A DNA stretch of 63,656 nucleotides, filler included, from Choristocarpus tenellus KU-1152 (taxonomy: Eukaryota; Protista; Phaeophyceae), in the NCBI GenBank assembly GCA_964200185.2. It is 11 parts of 11 records of this genome, joined end to end, with 100 filler letters (N's around TTAATTAATTAA, not from the genome) between each part and the next. Parts side by side here need not be neighbours in the genome. Positions count along the whole stretch, not along the records: positions 1 to 22,069 come from CAXNAD020000304.1; 10 more parts are not named here. One strand, written 5' to 3'. Positions 1-13,100 of this stretch are shown piece by piece. How positions within the stretch are numbered: the stretch's first letter is position 1; each line of letters opens with the position of its first letter. The position numbers and the translations under genes are program-made. The notes below the pieces were generated by a model. The model saw nothing but the letters and a program-made list of their open reading frames with translations, did not search any database and had not been told where the DNA came from.

Positions 1-1150
1 CCCCCCCAGATACTTTAGGTCACATTCCCTCTCTTTCGTTGCAAACATACATACATAAAGACAAACTTCACTACCTCTTCAATGTGGTACCGATTTAATC
101 GCCTATACTTTTGATTTTCATTTAGGGTCCTTGTTGTCATTTCTCAAGCAGTGTGCATTGACATGTTTTAGACTACCTTTGCAACCATGAGTCTGGGATC
201 CCTCAGACTAAATGTGATGATAAAAATAACAAAATAGTAGTAAATGGCAGAGTAGCTGCACCTCAATGACTTCCATGCCTGACCACAAGTCATTCGTTAT
301 CGGGGAGAGACTAGAAACTTTCCATCAGGTTGACAACTCATGCGGTCAAGGCTCTGATACATTGGTCAGAAGAGGCGTTTGCATGGAGACCGGAATTCCT
401 TGCCTTGCTCGTCGGTGTTGTGTGTTTGCCTTCTAATTCAAGACCCACAAATGGTTTCCATTGTTAATTTCCTGCAGTCTCCTCCAATGACTACTAGTTT
501 CAAGGTCCTGCCCCATGACCTCTGATAATTGGAGGTTCTTCCACACTTCCTGATGACCTCTTGGGTTTCTTCTCCACTCACTGCAACTGATATTGCTCCA
601 CTCCAGGCAGTGTTAACTGCATCAAAACTGTAGATGTCCTCATAGATGTTGATGAACAGTCATCAGGCACATGAGTTGCAACATAAGCTATCACACCAAC
701 GCTTTTTGCAGGTGGTTACATCTGCACATAGCACAAGAAGACTAATGAGTTGACAGAGAACGACTGATACTTTGCCACTAAGACACCACTTGATATACTT
801 CGGGTTGTTCTCAAAGGACGTGATCATTGTCGATGGAGGCACTAGAAAGCTATGGTAAAGACATTAGGTCGATTCAAATAAAAAAATGAACCATGAGGAG
901 ACCAGAATGGATTAGCTCTTAGAAACAAGAAGCAAAGGATCACATGCCTTCAATAGAATAGATAAAAATATATATGTGACACCAAAAGCAAAACTTCCAC
1001 CGTTTGGCATTCAATGCAACATACATTTTTCAGCCCCAACAAAGAAGCAATATTTTTTTGTACAGGTCCATATTTTATTGGTGTATTGTACGGACACCAA
1101 AAAGGCTGCCTACCAAAATCTCAAGCAAAAATGGGGCAGCCTACACCTAC

Positions 1151-2420
1151 CTATGATTCTGCCCCCGAAGCCCTCCAAAACTCCGTTCCAGCACAGTATT
1201 TTGTTGCATCCACTGGGGCATTGCAGATGAGCTTCCCCGCCTTCTCATCATTTTCCTTGATAAAATGGGGAAGGTTGAAGGCGTTGTCACACTTGAACCC
1301 CAGCATTTCACCGTAGACTGCAAAAAGGCTCTGCCAGACGTGCTCTAATGTCTCCCAGGGGTGCACATCCAATGCCTCCATTTTGGCTCCACCAGCTCCT
1401 CTCTGTTGGTCACCCCCACATCTTTCTTCATTTGTTGGATGGAAGAAAATAATCCCAGGTCGTTGATGTTGGGATCAGGTGAGTCGACTGGCTGGGTCTC
1501 TATGACAATGCCGTCCCCCACTGCCTCCAGGATTCCCCCCCATTAGTGTGTGCCTTTGCCCTGTCCTGGTGAACGAAGATGGTATGTCCTTCCAGCCTAG
1601 GAATGCAGACCTTGATTGCCAGGATGATATCCTCAATCATGAGCTTCTTTTTCCTTTCCCCATTCACCGTGGCTGGCACATGTACCTTGGTGCCCTTGAG
1701 GTATTTGCTGGAGTGCTGAGCGATATTAGTGTCCACGATTGGCCAAATCCCAATTTTCCTAGCATATTACACCCCGTGGGAGAACTTCCTAGGGTGAGGC
1801 ATAGCTGCAAGGAAAATCATCTTTGTACTGTAACGCTTGTTTTTGTCCGTGGGGGTTTGGGGTGGACCTCAGTGGGGTGCAGGTGCATATCTTGCCTATC
1901 TTTGAGGATGTAACACCACTATTCATCCACATGCACCCAGCCATACAGATTGTCCACTAATACCCCACTTCCCCCCCCCCGTGCTTGTGGCTGATGATGA
2001 AACCCACCCTGTTGACTTTCTGCTGGTCTGGGAATGGCTTAATCAACCACTTGACCTGGAGCTTGTACATATCCCACAACGTGGCAAGGGGGACTCCAGC
2101 TTTGCCGCCCATTTGTGATAGGACGTGCAGTGTACCTATGAGATATCCCAAACACTGAGGATACTTGTACGGCGGCCACATGGCCCCTTGTGACGCCATA
2201 CAAGGTCCATGTATTCACCCTGTGCGATCTGGCTGTCATACTCCTTCAGATGACGGAGCCCAGTGATTTGGGAAATTTCAAAGTCCTCCGTGATGGCCGC
2301 TATGATAGTTTCACGAGGTTTTTGAAAATGTTCAAATGCAACCTGGTTGACTTTGCACTTGTGATCCTCCACAGTCATTACAGCCCATCATCTCGAACTT
2401 CGCATGCCTCCCAAACTATG
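1151..2420 (-). pseudogene. Degenerate Tc1/mariner (IS630-Tc1-mariner) DDD transposase resembling the plant/stramenopile mariner type
   Basis: Minus-strand translation across frameshifts and stops gives WVHVDE*W (~1915-1940), GKIGIWPIVDTNIAQHSSK, IFVHQDRAKAH (~1550-1585), IETQPVDSPDPNINDLGLFSSIQ (~1435-1505) and ETLEHVWQSL..GFKCDNAFNLPH. These match the three catalytic Asp blocks of mariner-type transposases. TIRs not identified. Confidence 0.85.
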
Positions 2421-5400
2421 TAAGAACTAAGCCTCATCTAGAGGGTTGATCACGTAACACAAAATGAGTATGACTTGGAAAGTGGAAAGTGTTAGCACAC
2501 TTCAAAATAGGATAAATTAAAGAAAAAGATAGGAATCACTAGAGTAAAAAAACTTACCAATTGCTAGTAACAAGGAGAATAAAGAAAGGCACAAAACCCC
2601 CCAGTAAACTAGCTTTCAAAAAGTGTTCCAACTTTCTATTTGTCAAACAATAACTTACAACCTCATACTATGCCTACAGTGTACATTAAGCTATCAATAC
2701 AGTATGCAAAAATGTAAGACAATTCTCTACTACCTCCATGCACCTGAAAGAATGAGCGAATTGCTATATCTTTACAAATGTGTAAAGTCTACTCGCCAGG
2801 TGTTGTCGCACAATGCAACTGCAAGGTTCTTCTCTGAAATACTTAATCTTCATGCAACTCATCCAACACAGAAAGAACCTCCAGCATTGCTTCAACCACT
2901 CCACTGAGCTCCATGATGCTCCCCTCCATCCTTTATGCACGCACTCCTTGTGCATCATGGAGGACATTGTTTTTAATTGCAGGGCAACATAATACTCCTG
3001 CCATTATAACTGCTCTCTTTACCAGGTTCCTAACCAGTTTCTTTCCTGTGCATTTTTTCTCATAGATACAAATGATCACATTACAAAAGAGTTGAGCACA
3101 TGAACAGCACATGTTATCGTCGGAACCTTTAGCTCATATAGAGTCTTGAGGATGTCTTCTCCCTGATTGGTGGTCTTGGCAAGAACGTCACAAGGCTGCA
3201 CCTCCTCACCCACAAAAGCTCCCTAAGTAAACCTTTACCAGCTGCATTGAGCACAAAAGAGCTGGTACAAAGAAAAGGAATTGAGTATGAAATTTTTCCT
3301 TCAATAGGCGATGAAAGCTAAACAAGTGCATGACAAGGTTCAATTTTGATTAGTCTACTGGATCCAAAGCTTAATCCGTGCATTATTGTATTGCCAAGGA
3401 AAATGTACAGTTTCTAGATGATGCTTGACATCCATAGAGTCCCTATAGAGTCCCTCAGACTCAACTGTGGTCACAGTTGCAAGGTCAAGTTGAACCTGCA
3501 AAATGTTTGTGAGAGCTCTAACTCCTAGCACTGTTAACATTGCATCCTCAGTTTGTCTATGAGACTGTTTTGCACCTTCATATACAACTCAAGAAGCACC
3601 TTGTTGAACATTTCAGGTGAATAGTGACGGTGAAAGGCCATCTACACGGAGCACAAACCCTGCGCAGAATCTCCTGTTCGCTAGGCAAATATCTATAGCT
3701 GCCTTGATCACATTTATCCAGTTGTGTGCAAATTGGACATGACAGATTGAGACATGAAGTGGGTGATCCTCATTCTATCACCTTTAGAATGTAGAAAGCA
3801 GGAAATGGAAAATAAAAAGCAAAATAGATTAGTAAAATAACTGATATCTTAGAGTAGTGTTGAAAGAAACTATAGATCAATAAAAAAATCGAAAATAGAC
3901 TAGAATATGTTGATGACAAAACAAGAAACAAGAGACCTCCAAAACAAAAACAGCCTGGGTCTTTGCACACTTTCTCACCTACGATCGCTTGCTTTCCCGC
4001 CCATACAGGTTGAACTCTCTTGGGTGTCAGCGGTAATATACTCTTGTTGCCTGCTTCCACGAGCTCAAACACACACTGCAGGTTTTTGTTTTCTTGATAT
4101 TTTTCCCTTTGCTCTCTGAGCAGTTTGACTAGACCATAACCTGAAATATCGTGTCTTTGCCCTCCTTGTTGCCGACCATCTTCACATGTCTAAACACTGG
4201 CAACACCTCATTATTGGGAGGAGGAAGCAACTCAACAATGTCTACCACGACATACTCCTCGTGGCCACGAAAGTTGCCCCCACTACACTGTAAACCCAAA
4301 GGAACAACTTGACATACCATCGCCTCAAGTGCCAAGCTCACCAATTTGACCAAGTGCCTCAACAGATAAGACTCCTCACTGAGAGCTCCCCATCGGGTCT
4401 GATCTGGCTCCAACCATAGTGCATAGCTACCAGTAATTGGAGCAAAGATACCAGTGTCACTACAATTGTTTTCATCATTACTGCTACCCCTGCCGCCATC
4501 ACTGCACTTCATTGCTCCAAATCATTTCTTTACACATACTACTATGAACTATGACATATCTATTTCACCCTACCCAATTATACTGTCAAATACTCCATAA
4601 TCTAAGAAACGTTTTATGGTCCCTATAGTAGCTCACATAACATCATACTTTAGATCTCGACTGTTAGAAATGTTGAAGGCTTGGATCAGTATGTACTTTG
4701 ACCCTTGTGCTGCACCTTGTGGACAAAAGATCCTTCGAATCATAAAGGTTGTACTTCTCACCCTCCCTGCAAAGGAAAACCACTATTAATTCTCACAGGC
4801 AAATTTTCAAAATTGTGGAGGATCTTTGGGTCTCCAGACTCCTCAGTGACTCAGCGCATTGCCCACCTCGGCCTTTGTACACTTGCACTCATCAGTAAGA
4901 AACGACTTAAGAAAGATTGGACAGACCCTTCAACCAAGCTTCTGCATGTTGTCACACAGAGTGGACTGCAAGATATCCAGCTGAAATGCTTTTTTCTTAA
5001 TGGAAATCATTTCAAGTGCATCTTGAAGGTCATCAATGTTGTCGATACCTGAGAGGCCAGATTTCCCTATCATTTCTAACCAATTTTGGGATCGATGACA
5101 CCAGTATCCTTCTGAGTCGGTAGACCTTCCAAACAGTTGAGAGGGTAAAAGAAATGCTCTCAAATATCTCCACAACTTGCTTGATGTTGCCATGATAGGA
5201 GCTTTTCTTGTTTCCTTGCAGAGGCTCCACAACCTTTGCCTTTTTTTCAACCAGCGTCAGATTATTTATCTTGACCATCTTGGAATTATCTTGACTGATG
5301 CCTATGCCTACTGTGAGACTGGAAGGGCTCTCACCAAGGATTTCAAATTGACGTTATGTTTCCACCTTTCTTTGGTGGGGTTCTCTACCTTCCCCAAACC

Positions 5401-6306
5401 ACAAATGTCACTTAGAATAAAATCACTGAACCGACCAATTAGAGTGTCCTCTTCACAATAGTGGAATCAGTTCGAAAAAAAATGTTATGGAAGTGAGATA
5501 TACCATGTATATCCAAATCTGAACTATTTATGCGCCTATAGTTACATTTGTAAGGGTTGACCATGGTCTGAATGGAATTTTGTCCGGGCAGGAATGGGTA
5601 CAACGTTCCAACATAACTCCTCCATACCCGTCAATTGGTTCAACATGACTGGACCACAGACCGGTCATGCATGATTTTTTCTTGACAGGGTCAGTCCATG
5701 CCCATCAAATGTTTCAACATTACCAGGCCAGAGGCTTGTCCAGAACAATATATCTAAAAAGGGCAGTACATGGACATCAACTGTTTCAACATGCTTGATC
5801 CAAAGGCCGACCCGCAGCCATGTCTTGGTCCCTGGCCATGTTAACTGCCTGTAGTGATGAAAGTCCCTTAAAAAACAGGAATAGTACTCTTTCCAAATGC
5901 ACAGGCAACCTAAAGTGCAAGTGACAACTATCCTGTACTTCTCCGCTCATGTTCATACTGTATATTCATACTGTATCACAATATGCTTTGCGACTTTACT
6001 ATCCTGACCAGGTTTGGTTAGAAGTGATATACCAATGATCATCAACTCAAGGTAAGCACAACACAAAAGAATCAGCAGGTTAACTTTTACGTGGAGTAAT
6101 TGCTACTCCAGGCACATGTTAATGGTTCACGGTGGAAAAAATACAGGATCATGGACTCACCTCCAAACCATAATTGAGATCCTTCTGTTCATTGTTAACA
6201 TATACCAACGTGCAACGTAGAACATAGAAAGAAGTGTACTTGCAGTAGGACTTTCTGCTGTACAAACACTCCAGTAAACAACAATCCACCTGCCCCCTTC
6301 ACATAC

Positions 6307-9300
6307 CGTGATCACCATTGGAGTTTGAAAGGCCAAGGCAGCTGAGTACACAAGTCGGTTTCTCCGCCTTAGGCCCTCCCTTGTCAGATTGAGCCTCCCC
6401 AGCCTATCGTGGACAAGGGGGTCGATCCCACCCTGGGAAATGGACAAGTAGGAGCAACAGAAACTTTACAAATGAGAAGGCAAAAACTGAGTTTGTCTTG
6501 AGTCCAATAGAGTTCCAAGCTTCTTTGAGCACTACCCAGGACAGAAGCGACAGAGTGGAAGTGGTTATTGCATCACATAACAGGAGACAAATTTCTCAGG
6601 ACAGAAAATGGCATCCTTTTTGATCGGCATGCAGCAATGACACTGCCTTTTTTGCAGGTGGGTACAACCCAGCCTGAAGACACCAAGGAAGAGGGAGAGC
6701 CATTCGGAAGGAATCTATTTAGTCCTAACGCAGAAAACACAATAACGGAAACATCAAAACCATTGCACACCTGCTTGAAAATCTGCACCTATTTATATAT
6801 AAATCTTTAATGGAGAAATTTCAATTAAAAGATTGGAGGTACCATGTGTCAAATTCTCCAATATACAGCGATTCAATAGCGATCTGTCTTGTTACAATTC
6901 CTGCATACTATGTCTCATTTCGAATTTGAAGCAACAGGCCTGGTTCAAAAAGGTCAGCCCAAGTATTGAACTATTCTCCCCTTCTTCTAGTCCACTCCTA
7001 GACCAAAGTTAAGGGCATGTTATATACTGATTTGGATTCTGGCAGCGTTGCACATGGAAGGTAAATAATGGATAAACTCATCTATGCTCCAAAAAACAGT
7101 GGACAAAATAAAGATGCAAATACTTGCATGTCCAGGTTAAGGATAGTGAAGATGTACTAATCATTTCTACCGAGGAAAGTAATACCACAAATCATGCACT
7201 TGGTACAACTCAATGTCAAGGAATGATGTACAAACTCTGATTCATCGATAAAATCTCTGTTGGTAAGCATGTACACATGATTTTTGGTGATCATTCAACA
7301 GTTTATCAACATTTACAAATGATTTATCCCTATGCACCTAGAGAAGTTAATGTGTTTAGCTCATTTGTCCTGACCTCATCACCATATACAAACCTTACCT
7401 TGTGTGATTTGCAGTCAATAAAATTGTACACAAATCTTACATTGAGATTCTTGTCATTCGTAGCCAACAAGAGTTGCCTACAAATCTAAAGCTACTACTA
7501 CTGTAAGTTTAGTACTTGACTCTAAAGTTACTACTGTAAGTTTTTAGTACTTGACTCTCTCGTTCTATGACTGTACTTGCCATTTGTCAGCTATTACTCA
7601 AGTATGAATTAGTATTGTGCCGTTCAATATGGATTTCTAGTGTGTCATGTCCCCAAGTTTGATACCTGTTAGGGTCAAGCTTTTCCTTTTGAACTGACAA
7701 ATGTATCAGTATATCATTGCCTCACAAATATGTACTGATTTGGTGGTATTACTCCACACAAAACATGGAAAAATGTTTTTCGGTACCACACCCTCTGCAA
7801 AAACTCGTGTAACTTTCTTTGTCAGCACAACTCATCCTCTGTAAAAATGTGTCTAGATACTCATCCATACCACTCCCTATCTGTCAAACCTGCACAAACA
7901 ATTCCCTGTCACAAATGCAATGAGATAAATCCCTCCCCAATGACTTGCAATTGTGAGCTCAACGTGAAAAAGAATAGCGAGTTGATTCATCATTCACCAG
8001 GTAGTTGAAAGACTTGTCATACACCACTCTCAAAAATATGAACGGGTACAAATCATTTTGTATCCACCAATAATTCACTCACATGTCTTTGATTTCTTAG
8101 GATGTGCCTCAACATGCAATACTCAGACCTGTAACAGGAACAACCATTGATTTGTCGAAAATGGATTTATACGCCACAAACCAGATTTGATTTGTCCAAC
8201 CTGTGCAATATTTCTCCAACTCAATCTTATCCTAATCCCTAACCCCAACTAGCAATCCCTTTTAGCCACTGCTTACCTGATAAAATATAAGGTCAGGTTT
8301 CACGCTGTTGAAGAGCCTTGGCAGCCAGTGCGCCAGGGTGGACAAGTATCTATCGTCTCCTGCACCCTCTTCCAATTCCACGTCAACATCTGATTTCTAC
8401 AGTAACAATGAAACAGTAACATCTACTGCAGTAAGTACCAAAAATAAATAAATGAGGTCTTGCTAGGAGATTGATCCCTCCACACAATCAGAGCTCAACA
8501 TTCCAAAGCATTCATTTTACACTTGAAGTGGGGTTCACTTCTATGATGACCATCATCTCTTTCCAGTACTTTGTAACATGGAGAATACGTGACTCTTTAG
8601 TTCGCAGGTCACACAGAGTGGTTCTCTCAAGCGCCTCCATTTACATACAGGGACACACATCCTTTTACACTTGAAGTGGGGTTCACTTCTATGATGACCA
8701 TCATCTCTTTCCAGTACTTTGTAACATGGAGAATACGTGACTCTTTAGTTTGCAGGTCACACAGAGTGGTTCTCTCAAGCGCCTCCATTTACATACAGGG
8801 ACACACATCCCTCCTTATCTACACCCACGTATAATATATACAAAAGTGTAGAGCTCTTACATTAGTCCCACCTTGCCCAAAGAGCAAAATGCATACCTAT
8901 ACGTATACATCAATGCCCAATCCCTAACCCCCTCACCAGGATCAAAATGCAAGAAACTGCACAGAAATTTCAAGCTGTAACCAGACAAACAGATTTTAAC
9001 AGCTCATGCAAGAGGCTACACACCAAGTGGTAAATGACCTGTCAGACTTGTTCCCTCCCTTCAATAGTCCTTCAGGTCACCACGTTCATTCTTGTGTTCT
9101 TGTGTAGTCCCTTTCACCAACGATATTTCACAGCCACAACTTGGGAATCACTTCAATTACCCCTTTGGACAATTATTGATTTGGTGCTATCAAGCCAACA
9201 TATATTCAAACCCTCCAACAGAACATTCATTCTCAAGCAGTTCAAACTCTGGATCTCATCTCAATTTTATCTCACCCACTGCAACAGTTTTGATGCAGCC

Positions 9301-12300
9301 ATTACGGGCGATCATCAGACACTACTCACCTCTATTGCGGAGAAGTAGTTGGACTTGCAGTGCAGGCTAAAGGTGAATACTGAAGGGTTTCCACTAAATA
9401 GGCAGGCGTTTCCATTCCCCTGATGTACATCACAGTCCACCACCAGGATCTGCTTCACCACATCATTGTAATCCCGTAGTGCTACATTTGCTGCAACCTG
9501 TATGCATAGAAGAGAGGTCAGGGTTAGAGTGGAGATAAGATGTGGAGTTGACAGGTGTGTGACTGTAAAAGTGAGGTGACAAATAAAATTGCTTTGTGTG
9601 CATAGGCTATAGGCAACAGAATGAAAATACATACTCAGCACATCATGGGCAACAGACCCGATCCTGATTTCATAATTACAAACCCAATTCAATGTACTTA
9701 ATTTTCCTTGTACTTGCAGACAGTGTACAACACCATCACCACTAGGAGGTAAGACCATGACTTGGGCTAGAGTTCAGGCTCCAGTTTAGGGCTGGGGCTT
9801 AAGTGTGTTGTAATCTCAACTCTCCCAAGCACTAATATCTGGAGAAGACCAAAAAACATGAGCGGCTCTTTGACTACTTGAAAACCCCCTACACAAAGTG
9901 AGTCAGAATGAATTAAACGATCCTTCGCTGGTAGTTATTAGAACAAGGGGAAGGGATAGCAACAAGCAGGAAGGGATGTCAAGGACAACACCACTGGCAT
10001 AGCATTTGCTCTACCTTCATGACATGGACCAACAATTGGGGATCTTTATTTTTCAACCATTTTCACTCCAGTTTGACTTTTGTGGTGAGGTGTGTAAGTA
10101 GAACAAAAGGTTCTGAACAGATGTTCACTAGTACCTAACTGAATGGTGTCTACTGTCTCAAGTATTCAGACAAAACCGATGTGGCTTAAGTTGGCTAAGA
10201 GTGGCAAAGTTTACACCTCCAGATTTGAAATGCAATTGAGTGCCCCAAAGAGTCAACTATAGGTATAGAGTACTTCCTACTAGAACCAATCTTCCAAATT
10301 TACCCAAACGGCCTAGTTCAACCCGCAATGGATCATGTAGAAAAAGAACAATGGAGAAGCCGGATGGGCAGTTGGAAGACTTTAGACTACAAAAACACCA
10401 GATGAGCACAATTCTGTCCCCTTCTTGTATACTCCACAACTGGACATAGAGTCTTGATAAGCAGCAATCACAGCAGCCTCCATTCCTCCTGCTCTCACTC
10501 CATTCATCTACCTCAGCCCTCTCTTACAGTCCCACCTCTATTAGCACACCCTTTTTCTCCTTACCCACCGCAATGTCACTGAAAACACAAAAGCCCTCTC
10601 CCCTGTCCCAGAAGGCATGGTGGGTACCTCCAGCAATATGTCCTGCAAAAAAAGCATGTCTCTGTTCTTGTTCTTTACCATACCATCCCCTACACACTTC
10701 GTGGACAGCCCCTTGGAAAACACGACACATTCCATGTGGGGTAAGAGTAAGCGGGTGGGCAATAGGGTTGATAGATATCCATTTTGCACTATTCATCATT
10801 AAGCACGATTCTGTCGTCTAGTTGTGACGCAAGGCAATTAAACTACTCAAGTACTTTCCATCTCGTGTATCCACATCCTAACGGTAGGAAACCTCAAACC
10901 TAACCCTAACTCCAAACACACAAAATACTTAGCAGGTGTGCTCACCCACTGTACCCCCTACAGAGCTCAAAGTCCTCTTCACACTAGCTGGACTCCAGGG
11001 AAAGCCCACCACCCTATTCTCCCTCTGGAGGCACAGTGAAAAATGGGGCAGGCAGGGGCATTGTGTTGAGTGGGGGTGTTCAGATATCCATGCATACATT
11101 TATACATGTATGCCAGGGTGAGGGCTGGCAGGAGGTGGGGGGGATGGCCGTCACCACTGATTCGTGAGAGAAGTGAGGCGGTGTGCACATTGGTTAAAAC
11201 TGGAGATGGTGACAAAGGGGTAGGGTTGGGGTTAGGATTAGGATTGGACAAATGCATCATTCGGGACTAGTGATAGGGACCAAAGCAGGACACTTCCCTT
11301 CTTCCAAATATTATCCTTAACACTTGAAGCAATGTCAAATAACTTACCAGAGATACTTGCAGAACTATCAAACCTTTCAATGACAGTGCTTGGCTATAAC
11401 TAACAAAAAAGGACAGCTGTTCAAGTCCACAACAGCATTGGAGTCTTTCTCCTTTCTCAGTACATGGTATTGTACTATCTTCCAGGACATGACAGACACT
11501 TGGTGGCCACATATTCAAAGCAAAATGAATACAATACTCACTTTTGATCAACGTGTGGTGAAAAAACAACTAGAGGGGCAACATACTATCATTCTCTTGG
11601 CAAAGCATGCTAGCGTAAATTAAGTGCAGATCGTATTGGGTTTACCATATTGCTAACACCGGTACTGTATTCAAGGATAATATGACAAAACAACCCGTTA
11701 CACCCGGAGAAGAAGATCTAAGTCTTTCTTTCCCTCAACATTTCTCCTTGCAGACAGAATCTATTCCATATTAACACCTTCGGGGGTGTTTTGCCATTGA
11801 TGACTTCTACACAAAAAAAGTAATTAAGGTGTTGAAGTCGTCTGAGTGTCCATAGATGAGCTTCATTTTCTCAACCACTTATGGACCTTCGCCCCAACTC
11901 GGATTTACAGTAAATCTACTCCTTCAGAAAAGATTTCCCCTCAAATCCTGCTTGTCCTGCTGAGTACAATAGAACTAACCTGACGAGGCTTTCCCAAGAA
12001 AAGCTTCGACATCACAATGCGGTTTCCTACATTATGAAGTCTTACACCATTCACCCAGGTCTCACCTCCGTAAATCTTCCATGTAGATATCTCTCGACGT
12101 ATAACTGATCGTGTGTCGTGCACAGATCCTCAAGCGACACCAACGGAGAAACGGCAAACGAAACCTCCACATGCTGCTGGGGTGGGGAGGTGGCCTTGGT
12201 TCTCCTTCTTCCCAGTTCTCTCTGTAGGCCCTAAATCGAATGTGAATGGGAAGGGGGCAAATAAACTTCTGAAGAGAATCGCCCAATCCCATATCATGGT

Positions 12301-12672
12301 ACAAAAGATAGGGTAGAGGAGCTTAAGTCAGACGTTAGACAATATGGACCTGTATCGGTTGAGGTGGCATAATGGAGGGAAGCACTCAAGGTACCTTGTC
12401 CACAAAGCAAAAGGCTTACATGAATGCGAGACGAACAAGCGAGAACAAGATCATCCCTCATACCTCTAGCTCACCTCCCGAACCATCCTATACTTTTGCA
12501 TAGGAAATCGATGATTTCCTGGTAGCTCCACCTTGTATACATCATTGTAGAAGAGGGGCACAGAGGGTGGAGACGTGGAGTGCATGCGCAACAAACTCGC
12601 AGGAAACGCATGGCTCCATCTCAAGGAGGTTGCCATAGTTGTTGCACATGGGATAAGGGCGGGTTTGCGCAT
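6307..12672 (-). CDS. Zn-dependent histone deacetylase family protein (class IV/HDAC11-like), 7 exons recovered, 3' end missing
   Basis: Exons (minus): 12672-12475, 12230-12066, 11024-10946, 10711-10569, 9497-9330, 8396-8277, 6432-6307. All introns are GT-AG and frame-consistent (~333 aa). Motifs: HRFPMQKY, GFPWS, GGT, AGGTHHA, GEGFCVFSDIA, VDCDVHQGNG, FSLHC, KSDVDVEL, KPDLIFYQGGIDPL..DRLGRLNLT..GL..RN. The expected final GGGY exon was not found in 1-6300. Confidence 0.93.
8515..8810. repeat. Direct tandem duplication, 148-bp unit x2, in an HDAC intron
   Basis: ttttacacttgaagtggggttcac...ggacacacatcc starts at 8515 and again at 8663; one visible mismatch (ttcgcagg vs tttgcagg). Confidence 0.9.
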
Positions 12673-13100
12673 TTGGGACTCCTTTACCGCCCAACAGTCT
12701 CAACTTCCCAACACAATGGTTTTTGAACCAACATGTACAATATCTTGGTGTGTCTTTTTTTTGTACTTTTTGTTCTGAACAGAAACAACCCAACTTATCC
12801 CCATCTCTCCTTATTCAGAGACTCCTTTCCACATGGGGACATTGTCTTTTTCTAGTGACCTGATATTTGCTGTCGCTAGTGAGAGGATATAACACCGATA
12901 GAGAGAGAAAACAACAAGTTATTGCATAGTTCTTACTTGCGGCAAGGAGCGAGGTGGAGTTCTCAATAGGGGTGTTGTCTGACACGTTTTGTCCAGGACC
13001 TACTGGATAATCTGGACCCAAGCAGTGGTTAAGGCGTGTATTGTGTAGAGGGTGAAGCTGATGGGAATCTGATTGCTGTCAGTGGAGCGGGGAGTAGACT
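12673..13100. promoter_or_regulatory. Putative bidirectional promoter/5'UTR region
   Basis: 428 bp separate the divergent start codons of the HDAC gene (12672, minus) and the oxygenase gene (13101, plus). Inferred from geometry only. Confidence 0.5.

Noticed and set aside
5570-5830. Loosely periodic gtttcaacat motifs, superficially CRISPR-like
   Set aside because: The repeats are short and degenerate with mutually similar spacers, in a eukaryotic context with no cas genes; this is a decayed tandem repeat.
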